Shown here in pieces: positions 29,517 through 39,287 of a stretch of 64,000 nucleotides of DNA (its first letter is position 1; each line of letters starts with the position of its first letter). The stretch comes from a bacterium. Lineage in GTDB: Bacteria > Patescibacteriota > Microgenomatia > JAMCZE01. The notes under the pieces are model-generated. The model was not told the DNA's origin and did not search any database. It was given only the letters and a program-made list of their open reading frames with translations. The stretch lies in NCBI GenBank assembly GCA_021836035.1, contig JAKBJL010000003.1:68135-132134 (forward strand), given 5' to 3'. A program made the position numbers and the translations under genes.

Positions 29517-29918
29517 ATGTACGATATTCAAATTAATTGCGAGTCACGGTATAAAGTCAACCGAAAGTTTATCGTCGGTTTACTGGAAAAAGTATTAACG
29601 GAAGAACAGATCCGCAATCCGGTCTCCGTTTCTTTGCTTATCTGCGGCAAAAGGAAAATCCGGGAATTATCGCGGCGCTATTTGAAAGCAGCGGAAGACC
29701 ACGATGTCCTTTCCTTCGCTTTTTCCGAGGTTAATAAGCAATTTATGGAATTTCCCGACGGATTTTTAAGACTGGGGGAAATTGCCGTTTGCTACCCCCT
29801 AGCCCAGGAACAGGCAATGGAGGAAAATACTTTGGTTGATGAAGCCGTCGGTGATTTAGCGCGACACGGTCTTTATCATCTTTTAGGCCAGAACCACGAG
29901 GAAGAAGAATACAAATAA
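29517..29918 (+). CDS. ybeY: rRNA maturation endoribonuclease YbeY
   Basis: Conserved DHDVLSFAF motif and the zinc-binding His triad HGLYHLLGQNH near the C-terminus. Confidence 0.7.
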   Translation: MYDIQINCESRYKVNRKFIVGLLEKVLTEEQIRNPVSVSLLICGKRKIRELSRRYLKAAEDHDVLSFAFSEVNKQFMEFPDGFLRLGEIAVCYPLAQEQAMEENTLVDEAVGDLARHGLYHLLGQNHEEEEYK

Positions 29919-29965
29919 TAAATATAATAAAGTTAATGAAAATAATAAGGTCAATGACCGAATAT
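29915..29965. repeat. AT-rich element TAATAAAGTYAATRARAATAATAARG, copy 2, upstream of dnaX
   Basis: tataataaagttaatgaaaataataaggtcaatgacc aligns with 28916..28950. Confidence 0.55.
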
Positions 29966-30020
29966 TCCTAATATTTATTACTTTTATTCATCTTATTAGT
30001 TTTATTGCCTTTATTTTCAT

Positions 30021-31430
30021 ATGTATTACCGTACGTACCGACCTCAGAAAATTTCCGATTTGGATAACGAAAAGATTCGGGAAACGCTGGGTAAAGCCCT
30101 GCTTTCCGGCAGTTTCACCCACGCCTACCTTCTGACCGGCCCTCGGGGAGTCGGTAAGACTACGGTAGCCCGCCTGATAGCCAAGACCGTTAATTGCCAG
30201 CGCCGCAAACAGGGCGAGGAACCGTGTAATAAATGCGAATCCTGCCTGTCTATTACTGAGGGGCGCAGCTTGGACGTACTTGAGATTGACGCGGCCAGCA
30301 ATACCAGCGTAGACGATATCCGGGATTTACGGGAAAAAGCAAAGCTAGCCCCGACCAATTCTCCTTATAAAGTTTACATTATTGACGAAGTGCATATGCT
30401 TTCTAATAGCGCTTTTAATGCCTTGCTGAAAATTTTAGAGGAACCGCCGCGGCATGTGATTTTTGTACTGGCGACAACCGATCCGCAGAAACTTCCGGAG
30501 ACGGTGATTTCCCGCTGCCAGCGCTATGATTTCGGGAGGGCGACGGTAGAGGAAATTGCCCATGCGGTCAAACGAGCGGCCAGGGGGGAAGATCTGGATG
30601 TGGAAAACGAGGTAATTAAGGAGATTGCCAGTTTAGCTGACGGATCGCTTCGGGACGGACATAAAATTTTGGAGCAGCTGGCATCTCAAAACAAAAAAAT
30701 TACTTTAAACTCAGCGTTGGCACTGAAATCGGTGGCGAGCGAACGGGAGTTGGTTGCCTTTTTACGTTTCTTGGAACAAAAGGATGCAGGTAAAGCGTTG
30801 GATTGGCTGGCGGCTTTTTCCCAGGCCGGCGGCAGAATGAAAGCATTAGTTGAAGGTTCCGTGCAGTTGCTGCGTCGGGAATTGTTAAGCCGGTTTAGTG
30901 GGGAAACGAAAAAACCGGAATTTTCCTTTACTCCGCCGGAAATAGCAGGGCTGCTTTCCGCGCTGGAGAAAGCCAATCTGGAACTGCGTGACACGATAGT
31001 ACCGACCTTACCGATCGAGCTGTTAATAGTTGAATGGTGTGGTAGGGAAATTGGCGATGGGCAATTAGCAGCGAGCAATACGCAAGGGGAAGAGGAAAAA
31101 AACGCGAAGATTACGGTAGTGGAATCGGAAGAGAAAAAAGCAGCCGCTGTCGATAAAGGCGGTTTGCCTGTGGTATCCGTTCTATCCGAAGACCAATGGA
31201 AGGAATTATTGGTAAAATTGAAGCCCGTGAATCACAGTTTGGTCGCCTTTATGAGAGCGGGCCATCCGGCGGGGAATTTTGGCTCCAGCGGCTTAGTCAT
31301 AGAAGTAGCTTATAAATTCCATTTGGAAAAACTTTCGGAGGAAAAAAATCGCCGGGCAGTTGAGGAAGCAGTTTCTGCTATAATTGGTCAGCCTATGAAG
31401 GTGAAATTTATCCTGGCAACCAAAAAGTGA
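30021..31430 (+). CDS. dnaX: DNA polymerase III subunit gamma/tau
   Basis: Walker A GPRGVGKTT, zinc module CNKCESC, DEVHML box and SRC motif. Confidence 0.85.
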   Translation: MYYRTYRPQKISDLDNEKIRETLGKALLSGSFTHAYLLTGPRGVGKTTVARLIAKTVNCQRRKQGEEPCNKCESCLSITEGRSLDVLEIDAASNTSVDDIRDLREKAKLAPTNSPYKVYIIDEVHMLSNSAFNALLKILEEPPRHVIFVLATTDPQKLPETVISRCQRYDFGRATVEEIAHAVKRAARGEDLDVENEVIKEIASLADGSLRDGHKILEQLASQNKKITLNSALALKSVASERELVAFLRFLEQKDAGKALDWLAAFSQAGGRMKALVEGSVQLLRRELLSRFSGETKKPEFSFTPPEIAGLLSALEKANLELRDTIVPTLPIELLIVEWCGREIGDGQLAASNTQGEEEKNAKITVVESEEKKAAAVDKGGLPVVSVLSEDQWKELLVKLKPVNHSLVAFMRAGHPAGNFGSSGLVIEVAYKFHLEKLSEEKNRRAVEEAVSAIIGQPMKVKFILATKK

Positions 31431-31431
31431 G

Positions 31432-31722
31432 GTGAACCTTATGGGAATGTTTGATGGACTTAAACAATTAGGAGATATAAACCAAATGCGCCAGCAGGCG
31501 CAGGCGATCCAAAAACAACTGGCAGCGGAGCGGGTAGAGGTAATAAAGCAGACGGCTAAGGGTCTATTAAGAATCGTCCTTTCCGGCGATCAAAAAGTAC
31601 AGGAGGTTTCCTGGGACGGGGTACGCGACGCGGAGTTAGAAGCGACCCTAAGCGATGCCCTTTACAAATCCCAAATGGTAGCTGCCGGCAAACTACAGCA
31701 GCTTACCGAAGGGCATACTTAA
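31432..31722 (+). CDS. ybaB: Nucleoid-associated protein YbaB/EbfC
   Basis: N-terminus MNLMGMFDGLKQLGDINQMRQQAQAIQKQL is typical of the family. The conserved dnaX-ybaB-recR order is retained. Confidence 0.75.
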   Translation: MNLMGMFDGLKQLGDINQMRQQAQAIQKQLAAERVEVIKQTAKGLLRIVLSGDQKVQEVSWDGVRDAELEATLSDALYKSQMVAAGKLQQLTEGHT

Positions 31723-32246
31723 AAGAAATATAAAGAAGGAATCAACAAATAATCCCGTAAGTGATAGACGGAAGCAAATAGGTGTAGTTTCTTTATGGCT
31801 TTTACCTCTCTTTGGCAGGTTCGCTCCTGTGTAACGCCAAATAAATATCCTATCTGCTTGCACTTAATAAAGGATAGCGATGCCTCTTTAAAACATAGTT
31901 CTGCGAGATTATCAGCCGTAGTTTTATCCAGAGAAATAAATTTTTCGGGTTCGATAATAGGCTCTTCCTCCTGGTGATAATTTTGTCTGAGGGGTAATGT
32001 TCCCGGATATTTTTCACCGTCAAAAATGAGCGATCTTTAGCCGGGATGATCTGGATTTTCGGACAGTATGTTCCATACCGGCTTGTCCGCCGTGACCATT
32101 GTTTTTGAAAGAGACAGGTTTGGCGTAAAGCTTTTCTTTAGCAGCGATTTGCGCCGAGAGATTTTAACATTCCCACAACACTTTTAGCCAGGAGTGTCTT
32201 GAGAGGGAAGCGGTTTGGTTTTTCTGCTAAAATAAGGCTAAAAGTT

Positions 32247-32858
32247 ATGACTTTTCCGAAACAAATCCGTAATTTAATTGAGGCATTTGAAAGGTTACCC
32301 GGGGTAGGCGGCAAAACTGCCGCCCGGTTGACCTTCTATCTGCTCCACGTTCCGGATGAAGAAATTAATAGACTTGGTAATGCAGTCTTAAATCTTAAAA
32401 AAGATATATATTATTGTTCAATATGTAAAAATATTAGCGATAAGGAGGTATGCGAAATTTGTAGTGATCCTGCGAGGGATAAGGGTCTAATATGCATCGT
32501 AGAAAGCCCTTTGGATGTTTTTAGTTTGGAAGCCACCGGGAAATACAAAGGCTTATACCATGTATTGCACGGCGTCATTGACCCGCTGCATAATATGGGT
32601 CCAGAAGAACTCTATATTGACAGTTTAATGGAGCACATAGCGGATAGCGGAAAGCGAATAGAAGAAATAATACTGGCATTAAATCCGACAATGGAAGGGG
32701 AAGCGACAGCAATGTACCTTAAAAACAAAATTCGAAATTCGAATTTCGAAATTCGAATTTCGCGACTGGGGATGGGAATGCCGACCGGAGGAGATATCCA
32801 ATACGCGGACGAAACTACCCTACAGCAAGCCCTAGCGGGGAGAAGGGACTATGAATAA
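32247..32858 (+). CDS. recR: Recombination protein RecR
   Basis: HhH N-terminus (LPGVGGKTAARL), C4 zinc finger CSICKNISDKEVCEICSD and a Toprim domain (ICIVESPLDV). Start taken at Met 32247. Contains an in-frame palindromic tandem repeat (see repeat feature). Confidence 0.85.
   Translation: MTFPKQIRNLIEAFERLPGVGGKTAARLTFYLLHVPDEEINRLGNAVLNLKKDIYYCSICKNISDKEVCEICSDPARDKGLICIVESPLDVFSLEATGKYKGLYHVLHGVIDPLHNMGPEELYIDSLMEHIADSGKRIEEIILALNPTMEGEATAMYLKNKIRNSNFEIRISRLGMGMPTGGDIQYADETTLQQALAGRRDYE
32735..32762. repeat. Tandem 14-nt repeat with perfect 12-nt palindromes (AAATTCGAATTT) inside recR
   Basis: aaattcgaatttcg occurs twice in tandem, preceded by a partial copy. It encodes NSNFEIRISR. Confidence 0.6.
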
Positions 32859-33159
32859 ATCAATAAAACTAGTAAAAGTAGTGACGGAAGCATTGAAAAT
32901 GGTGATTGACCCGGAGCTGGGAGTGAATATTGTCGATTTGGGATTGATTTACGGCGTTAAAGTACAGAAAGGAACGGCTATTATAACCATGACCTTAACC
33001 ACACCCGGCTGCCCTCTGGTTGCCCTATTTGAAACCATGGTTAAAGAGGCCCTGAAAAACATTCCCGGTATTAAAGGGGTTCGGGTAATCGTTACCTTTA
33101 ATCCTCCTTGGGATCTTTCTAAAGCTAAACCTGAGGTCCGGGCGGCTATCGGTTTATAA
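32851..33159 (+). CDS. DUF59/MIP18-family Fe-S cluster assembly protein (SufT-like)
   Basis: MVIDPELGVNIVDLGLIY and the conserved Cys in TTPGCP. Confidence 0.6.
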   Translation: MNKSIKLVKVVTEALKMVIDPELGVNIVDLGLIYGVKVQKGTAIITMTLTTPGCPLVALFETMVKEALKNIPGIKGVRVIVTFNPPWDLSKAKPEVRAAIGL

Positions 33160-33204
33160 CCCACGCGGTTGTTTTAGAGTTTGCCCGGCGGTAAAATAGA
33201 GCAT

Positions 33205-34167
33205 ATGAGCGGGATAATCAAGCCTAAGGCACTCCAGCCGGGGGATACGGTAGCCCTAGTTGCTCCCTCGGAACCGATTGACCGTGTCCAGCTTTCCAGG
33301 GTGGAGGCTTACATGACGCGTTCTGGTTATAATGTCAAGGCTGGCAATAATGTTCTAGCGAAAATCGGGGATTATGCGGCTGGTACGGTTCGGCAGCGCG
33401 CGGAAGACCTGAATAACGCTTTTGCAGATCCGGAAGTCAAAGCGGTTTTTACTTTGGTAGGAGGGATGGTAGCTTCCCAGATTCTGGAATCGGTCGATTT
33501 TGAGCTGATTAAAAAAAATCCCAAAATATTTGTCGGTTATTCCGATGCGACGACCCTGCAGATGGCCATTCTGGCAAAAATCGGCATGTTAACCTTTCAC
33601 GGTCCTAACGCTCTTAGTTTGCCGGATTTCAAAGTCAGTGGTTATACGCTTACTAATCTCTGGCGGGTTTTAACTGCAACTTCGGCTGTCGGCACCATTA
33701 AACCGCAGTCAGTTTGGCAGGAGGTCAGGCAAGGATCGGCCGAGGGGATTTTATTCGGGGGTAATTTGAGCTGTCTTTCTAAACTTTTGGGAACCGCTTT
33801 TGATCCGATTGCCAAGCTGGATAATATTTTCGGCAAAGAGGAAAAATTTATTCTTTTTTGGGAGGAAGATTACGAGCAGTTCAGCGAAATTATGCGGATG
33901 CTCTGGCAAATCCGCAACAGCGGATTTTTTGCGAGAGTTTCCGGAATGGTGGTGGGGAAACTGACCGCAGTGGCGGAAGTAGACTACCAGGATTTTCCTC
34001 CGAAAAAGCAATTGATCCGGGAGGTAACCGAGCCGTTCAATTTTCCGATTCTTTACGGAGTGGATTTTGGCCACGATGTGCCTAAAGCAACTATTCCCGT
34101 CGGGCTCAGAACGGCGATGGACACGAAAAAATTTACCCTAGAGATTTTGGAAGCGGCAGTGGTGTAA
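33205..34167 (+). CDS. ldcA: LD-carboxypeptidase (peptidase S66, muropeptide recycling)
   Basis: Nucleophile-elbow VGYSDATTL, conserved His/Glu region. Family-typical length. Confidence 0.6.
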   Translation: MSGIIKPKALQPGDTVALVAPSEPIDRVQLSRVEAYMTRSGYNVKAGNNVLAKIGDYAAGTVRQRAEDLNNAFADPEVKAVFTLVGGMVASQILESVDFELIKKNPKIFVGYSDATTLQMAILAKIGMLTFHGPNALSLPDFKVSGYTLTNLWRVLTATSAVGTIKPQSVWQEVRQGSAEGILFGGNLSCLSKLLGTAFDPIAKLDNIFGKEEKFILFWEEDYEQFSEIMRMLWQIRNSGFFARVSGMVVGKLTAVAEVDYQDFPPKKQLIREVTEPFNFPILYGVDFGHDVPKATIPVGLRTAMDTKKFTLEILEAAVV

Positions 34168-34241
34168 GATAAATATATCCGCCAAAGGCGGATCAGCCTT
34201 GGGCTGAAAATATAAAATATTCGAGATAAGATTTAAGAAAG

Positions 34242-34703
34242 ATGGCTAACGTTACCAGCGACGTTTTTGAACAGATCGGTGGGATTGCCGGCGGGACAGC
34301 AAAGCAAATTACCCAATTACCGGAAGAAATTTTAAATAAAGCCGGACAGCAGGTCAAAGGACCGCCAACAACCACATCAGAACAAGAGGGAACGGATGAG
34401 GAAAGCCAAAGCCGGGGACAGGTAGGTAAACAGAAGTTCGTTCAGCAGTTCCGGGCGAGGGCGAAAAATTTGCAATTGCAGGACAGGAGACTGGCGGAAA
34501 AGCGAATTAGTGAAATCCGCGCGGCCATTGCTTCCGGGAACAAGCAGATTATTCACATGGAAACCGCTAAAGCAGGTAAATCAGCTACGTCTCCGGTGAC
34601 CGGCCCGCAAATACCCCCGACGCCGAAACTGCCGCCGATTGTCAGCCAAAATATTGCTATCAAGCAAGGGAGCAAGGAAATTAAAGGCATGGTGATCGGG
34701 TAA
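34242..34703 (+). CDS. Hypothetical low-complexity protein (153 aa)
   Basis: Open frame, Q/K/P-rich, no recognised domain. Confidence 0.3.
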   Translation: MANVTSDVFEQIGGIAGGTAKQITQLPEEILNKAGQQVKGPPTTTSEQEGTDEESQSRGQVGKQKFVQQFRARAKNLQLQDRRLAEKRISEIRAAIASGNKQIIHMETAKAGKSATSPVTGPQIPPTPKLPPIVSQNIAIKQGSKEIKGMVIG

Positions 34704-34901
34704 TTACCCCTGTTTTAATTTAAGGGTCTGGCAACCCGCAGCCCCAATACAATATTTCGCCCAAGCGCCCGATTTATTTCTTGTATCTTGGTAATTTAAT
34801 TCTGGTCTAGCGAAAGAAGAGGGGCTCATACGTATTTGGGGCTCCCCGCGGTTTACCACCATTTTAAAATTATGGTAACAGGGTGACAATGGTATACTTC
34901 A

Positions 34902-36266
34902 TTGATGGACCAATTGCGTTTTTATAGCACCCTTTCTAAAAAGATCGAAGCATTTAAGCCTATAAAGGACAAAAAAGTAAATCTTTTCGTCTGCGGACCG
35001 ACGGTTTACGATTTTGCTCACATTGGCAACGCGAAGACTTATACCCAATTTGATTTTATGGTCCGCTACCTGCGCTTTCGCGGTTATGAGGTTTTTTACC
35101 TTCAGAATATTACCGATATTGACGACAAAATTATTAAACGCGCGGCGGAGCGGGGGGTGGGATGGAAAAAGTTAGCCGGGGAATTTGAACAAAAGTACCT
35201 GGAGGATATGCAGGCGCTTCATAACACTGCGGTAAATCAGTATGCCCGGGCCACGGATTATATTCCCCAAATAACGAAACAAGTAAAAGTTTTGCTGGGC
35301 AAGGGTTACGCTTATAAAACCAGCGACGGAATTTATTTTGATATCGGAAAATTTCCCGATTATGGCAAGCTTTCGGGGCGCACGGAGGGGTCCCGTGACG
35401 ACGCTGTTTCCCGGATTGACGAAAGCCGGGATAAAAAAAATAAAAATGATTTTGCTCTCTGGAAATTTTCTAAGCCGGGCGAGCCAGTCTGGGAAACGGA
35501 GCTGGGAGCCGGTCGGCCGGGTTGGCATATTGAGGATACGGCGATCACGGAATCTTTTTTTGGCCCCCAATATGATGTTCACGGCGGGGCGGTGGATCTG
35601 ATCTTTCCCCACCACGAAGCCGAGATTGCCCAAATGGAAGCGGCGTCAGGGCTTTCGCCACTAGTTCGTTATTGGATTCACGTAGCTTTTTTAAATATCA
35701 ATGCGGAAAAGATGTCCAAGAGTAAGGGGAATTTTTTAACTGCCCGGGAAGCAACAGAGAAATACGGTTATCGCCTGCTGCGCTACTTTTTTATCAGCCA
35801 GCATTATCGAACGACCCTGGATTTTAGCGAACAAAACTTAGCCCAGGCTAAAGGAGCGCTAACCAGGCTGGATGAGTTTGTGTTGGACCTGGATACAAGA
35901 TATGAGGATAATAAAAACCAGGAAGATACAAAAAAACTAAAAGTCGAGATTGTGGCCAAACTGGACAACGATTGGGATACCCCCGGGGCAATAGCTTCCA
36001 TATTTAATTTTATCCGGCAGCAACATACCCGTGGCAAATCGGGAAAAAATGTTTATCGATTGTTCCAGGAGTTAAATCAGATGTTTGATTTCCTGGATTT
36101 CGGGGTGCCGAAAATTGCTGACGGGGTGCAAAAATTGGTAGACTCGCGGGAGCAATTGCGGAAGGAAAAGAAATTTACCGAAGCAGATGATTTGCGAAAA
36201 AAGATTGCCGAAATGGGTTATGAGATTAAGGATACCGCGGAAGGGGTAAAAGTAAATAAAATTTAG
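34902..36266 (+). CDS. cysS: Cysteinyl-tRNA synthetase
   Basis: HIGH (HIGNAKTY) and KMSKS (KMSKSKGN) class I motifs, and zinc-binding Cys (VCGPT). Confidence 0.9.
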   Translation: MMDQLRFYSTLSKKIEAFKPIKDKKVNLFVCGPTVYDFAHIGNAKTYTQFDFMVRYLRFRGYEVFYLQNITDIDDKIIKRAAERGVGWKKLAGEFEQKYLEDMQALHNTAVNQYARATDYIPQITKQVKVLLGKGYAYKTSDGIYFDIGKFPDYGKLSGRTEGSRDDAVSRIDESRDKKNKNDFALWKFSKPGEPVWETELGAGRPGWHIEDTAITESFFGPQYDVHGGAVDLIFPHHEAEIAQMEAASGLSPLVRYWIHVAFLNINAEKMSKSKGNFLTAREATEKYGYRLLRYFFISQHYRTTLDFSEQNLAQAKGALTRLDEFVLDLDTRYEDNKNQEDTKKLKVEIVAKLDNDWDTPGAIASIFNFIRQQHTRGKSGKNVYRLFQELNQMFDFLDFGVPKIADGVQKLVDSREQLRKEKKFTEADDLRKKIAEMGYEIKDTAEGVKVNKI

Positions 36267-36307
36267 GTTCCTCGTAAATTTGAGCAATTTTTGGTAAGCT
36301 GGTTATA

Positions 36308-36685
36308 ATGCTTTGCCCAAAATGCCGGGCGGAAAACCCGGAACCAAGTACTAAGTGCCTTGCTTGCGGAGCATATTTAACTGCGGGATACACATCGGCT
36401 GTTGCCCTAAACCCTAAACCTAACAAACCTAACCCCCTCTGGCCGACGACAGTCAGCTTCCTTCTCGGCGGACCCATTACGGCGGTGATGGCTTATTTTG
36501 TCTGGAAAACTTCCTGGAGCAAAGCACATAAATTATTGTTTATTGTCGGATTATCCGTATTAATAAATGTCCTTCTTTTAGCTCTTATCGGCTGGTTGGC
36601 AGGATCGTTTTTGGGCAACGCGGACAGTGCCGGAAGTTTAACCGGGGTAACTGATATCATAAATATGTATAAGTTTTCCCCATGA
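36308..36685 (+). CDS. Zinc-ribbon membrane protein (125 aa)
   Basis: N-terminal CPKC...CLACG zinc ribbon followed by two TM helices. Overlaps the next gene by 4 nt. Confidence 0.4.
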   Translation: MLCPKCRAENPEPSTKCLACGAYLTAGYTSAVALNPKPNKPNPLWPTTVSFLLGGPITAVMAYFVWKTSWSKAHKLLFIVGLSVLINVLLLALIGWLAGSFLGNADSAGSLTGVTDIINMYKFSP

Positions 36686-37329
36686 GAATTATTTATCTTG
36701 TTGTCGGTCTTTTGGTTTTAGCAAATCTGGCTTTTCTCAATTATGTTTATGTCGTGGATAAAAATACTGTCGTTGGGCTGGAAGCAAAATTAACAGAGGA
36801 TAGCAGAATTATTCAAGCTTTAAATAGCCGCCCGGGGGAGTCCGTGGGAATAACGGCACTTGCTACAGCAGCTGCAACCTGTCCGCAGTCCTGCATTTCA
36901 CTGATAAACCAGACGGATAAAACAGTAAAAACTACAACGGTTATTAATCAAACGACGGCAGGCGGGCAAAAGGGGGAATATATTATTCCGCTGGGCAGTG
37001 GTTCGATTACGGAGTTAAATACCTGGAAAGATATTAATACCGCCCAAGCCACGGTTAATCTTTCAAATTTCGGAAGAATTAAAGAAACCTATTTTGAGGC
37101 GGTAATGCATATTCCCAATCAGCAGGGAGAAGTCCGGCTGCGGCTTTATGATACCAGTACCCCCTATATTTACGCGGGAAATGTTTTACGGACAACTTCC
37201 CAGACGGGAGAACTGCAGTCGGTAAAAATTGGCCTGCAACCGGGTCAAAAGACCTATAAAGTCCAAATGTACACCACTATTTCCGCAGCTATTTTGGATA
37301 TGGCGAGGATTAGAATAGTAACTGAATAG
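36682..37329 (+). CDS. Membrane-anchored extracytoplasmic beta-rich protein (215 aa)
   Basis: N-terminal signal-anchor helix followed by a Thr/Gln-rich domain. 4-nt overlap with the upstream gene and a 2-nt gap before the ATP-cone nuclease gene. Confidence 0.4.
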   Translation: MRIIYLVVGLLVLANLAFLNYVYVVDKNTVVGLEAKLTEDSRIIQALNSRPGESVGITALATAAATCPQSCISLINQTDKTVKTTTVINQTTAGGQKGEYIIPLGSGSITELNTWKDINTAQATVNLSNFGRIKETYFEAVMHIPNQQGEVRLRLYDTSTPYIYAGNVLRTTSQTGELQSVKIGLQPGQKTYKVQMYTTISAAILDMARIRIVTE

Positions 37330-37331
37330 AT

Positions 37332-38198
37332 ATGGAGATCAATGTAATTAAAGCTACGGGTGAGAAAGAACCGTTTGATGAAGAGAAGCTCCGTTCTTCA
37401 ATCGCCCGGGCGGGGATTCCTAAAGACCTTCGGGATGAAGTAGTAGCACATATTGAGGGTTTATTGCGCCCGGATATCCCAACAAGCGAAATTTATAATC
37501 ATATTCTGGAGTTTTTAGGCCGGTCCGCTCAGCCGCACAGCCGGGCGAAATACAGCCTTAAACAGGCAATTATGGCTTTGGGTCCGAGCGGTTATCCCTT
37601 TGAAAAGTTTGTCGCCGCGGTTCTTAGGCATTACGGCTATGAAACGGAAGTCGGGATAACTGTTCCCGGTAAGTGCGTTTCCCATGAAATCGATGTCCTG
37701 GCAAAAAAAGAAGGTAAAACGGCTATGGTCGAGTGTAAATTTCATAACCAGACAGGAACCCGCTCGGATATTAAAACCGCCCTCTATGTCCGGGCACGTT
37801 TTGAAGACCTGGCGCCGCAGTTTGACGAAGCGTGGCTGGTTACTAATACCAAATGTACCAGTGAGGCGATCGCTTACGGAGAATGCGCCGGCGTTAAAAT
37901 TATTGCCTGGGGATATCCGGAAGGGGAAAGCCTGGCTCACCTTGTGGAAAAATATTTTTTGTATCCGATAACCTGCCTTAGTTCTCTTTCCGGACACCAG
38001 AAAAGTGTGCTCTTGGAGAACAATGTTGTTCTTTGCCGGGACTTAGAGAGTAATCAGGCTGCTTTATCCCTTTTAGCCCTAGCGGAAGCTGAAAAAAGCG
38101 CTTTACAGGCAGAGCTAGGGAGAGTTTTAAAACCGGGAACGGAGAAAGCACCGGTGATAGCCGCAGTCGCGGAAGCAACAGCGGAAATCCACAATTGA
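37332..38198 (+). CDS. ATP-cone domain fused to a restriction-endonuclease-fold (Mrr-like PD-(D/E)xK) nuclease
   Basis: N-terminal ATP cone (MEINVIKATGEKEPFDEEKLRSSIARAGIP). Central PD-(D/E)xK core HEIDVLAKKEGKTAMVECKFH. C-terminal Ala/Glu-rich tail. Confidence 0.6.
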   Translation: MEINVIKATGEKEPFDEEKLRSSIARAGIPKDLRDEVVAHIEGLLRPDIPTSEIYNHILEFLGRSAQPHSRAKYSLKQAIMALGPSGYPFEKFVAAVLRHYGYETEVGITVPGKCVSHEIDVLAKKEGKTAMVECKFHNQTGTRSDIKTALYVRARFEDLAPQFDEAWLVTNTKCTSEAIAYGECAGVKIIAWGYPEGESLAHLVEKYFLYPITCLSSLSGHQKSVLLENNVVLCRDLESNQAALSLLALAEAEKSALQAELGRVLKPGTEKAPVIAAVAEATAEIHN

Positions 38199-38244
38199 AA
38201 TTATTGGCTATTCCGTTTAAGATGTAAAATAGCTTTGCAGTTTT

Positions 38245-39267
38245 ATGCCTAATTTTTGGCTGATTTTTACCACGGGCCTTATTACCGGAGGCCTTTCCTG
38301 CCTGGCGGTCCAGGGGGGACTTTTAGCAACGACAGTGGCCGAAAGGCAAGCGGTCGGGAACGCTAAGAAATCCGGAACCGTCGCCGTACTTCTTTTTTTG
38401 CTGGCAAAATTGGCCGCCTATACAGTATTAGGAGCGCTTTTGGGCTGGGCCGGATCATTTTTCCAATTATCCTTGGCGACCCGGGCATTATTGCAGGGAG
38501 CGGTTGCGGTTTTTATGGTCGGGACTGCTTTAGGGCTTTTGGATGTCCATCCGTTCTTTCGTTATTTTATTCTGCAGCCACCGCGCTTTTTAACCAAAAT
38601 GGTCCGTACCCGGGCGAAAAACGCGGATTTTTTTGCACCAGCGGTTTTAGGGTTGATGACCGTTTTTGTTCCCTGCGGAGTAACCCAGGCGATGATGGCA
38701 CTAGCTATCGGTTCCGGAAATCCCTTTTTCGGGGCTTTGATTATGTTTTCCTTTGTTCTTGGGACATCTCCCTTGTTTTTTATTTTCGGTTTCGTCGCCA
38801 CGGCCCTAAAAAACGTTTTTCAGGAGAAATTTCAGAAAATTGCCGCTTATGCGGTTATCGTGATCGCTCTTTGGAGCTTAAACGGAGCAGCAGCTTTGGC
38901 CGGGAGCGATTGGACGATCGAAAATCTCTGGGAAAAGCTTTACTGTACAGTTTCATATTGCGATGACTCCGCAGTTTTAACTGCTTATGCCAGAGCGGTT
39001 ACAGAAACTACCGTGAACATAAACTCCGACGGTTACCAGGTAGATAATCCCGTAATCCTTGCCGGGGCGGAAATTACTTTGCATATTAATAACAAAGAAG
39101 GCCGCGGCTGTATCGAATCTCTGACCATTCCCAAAGTGGGTATTTCCAAATCGGTTCCTATCGGGGAAACGGCGACGGTAAAATTTAAGGCGCCCAGTGA
39201 ACCGGGTGAGTTGCCTTTTATGTGCAGTATGGGTATGTATAGGGGAAAATTTATAGTTGCGAATTAA
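38245..39267 (+). CDS. Polytopic membrane protein fused to a C-terminal cupredoxin-like domain
   Basis: About seven TM helices, then a beta domain ending ITLHINNKEG...LPFMCSMGMYRGKFIV. A CopZ-like gene is adjacent. Confidence 0.4.
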   Translation: MPNFWLIFTTGLITGGLSCLAVQGGLLATTVAERQAVGNAKKSGTVAVLLFLLAKLAAYTVLGALLGWAGSFFQLSLATRALLQGAVAVFMVGTALGLLDVHPFFRYFILQPPRFLTKMVRTRAKNADFFAPAVLGLMTVFVPCGVTQAMMALAIGSGNPFFGALIMFSFVLGTSPLFFIFGFVATALKNVFQEKFQKIAAYAVIVIALWSLNGAAALAGSDWTIENLWEKLYCTVSYCDDSAVLTAYARAVTETTVNINSDGYQVDNPVILAGAEITLHINNKEGRGCIESLTIPKVGISKSVPIGETATVKFKAPSEPGELPFMCSMGMYRGKFIVAN

Positions 39268-39287
39268 CAAATTGCTAATTGTGAATT

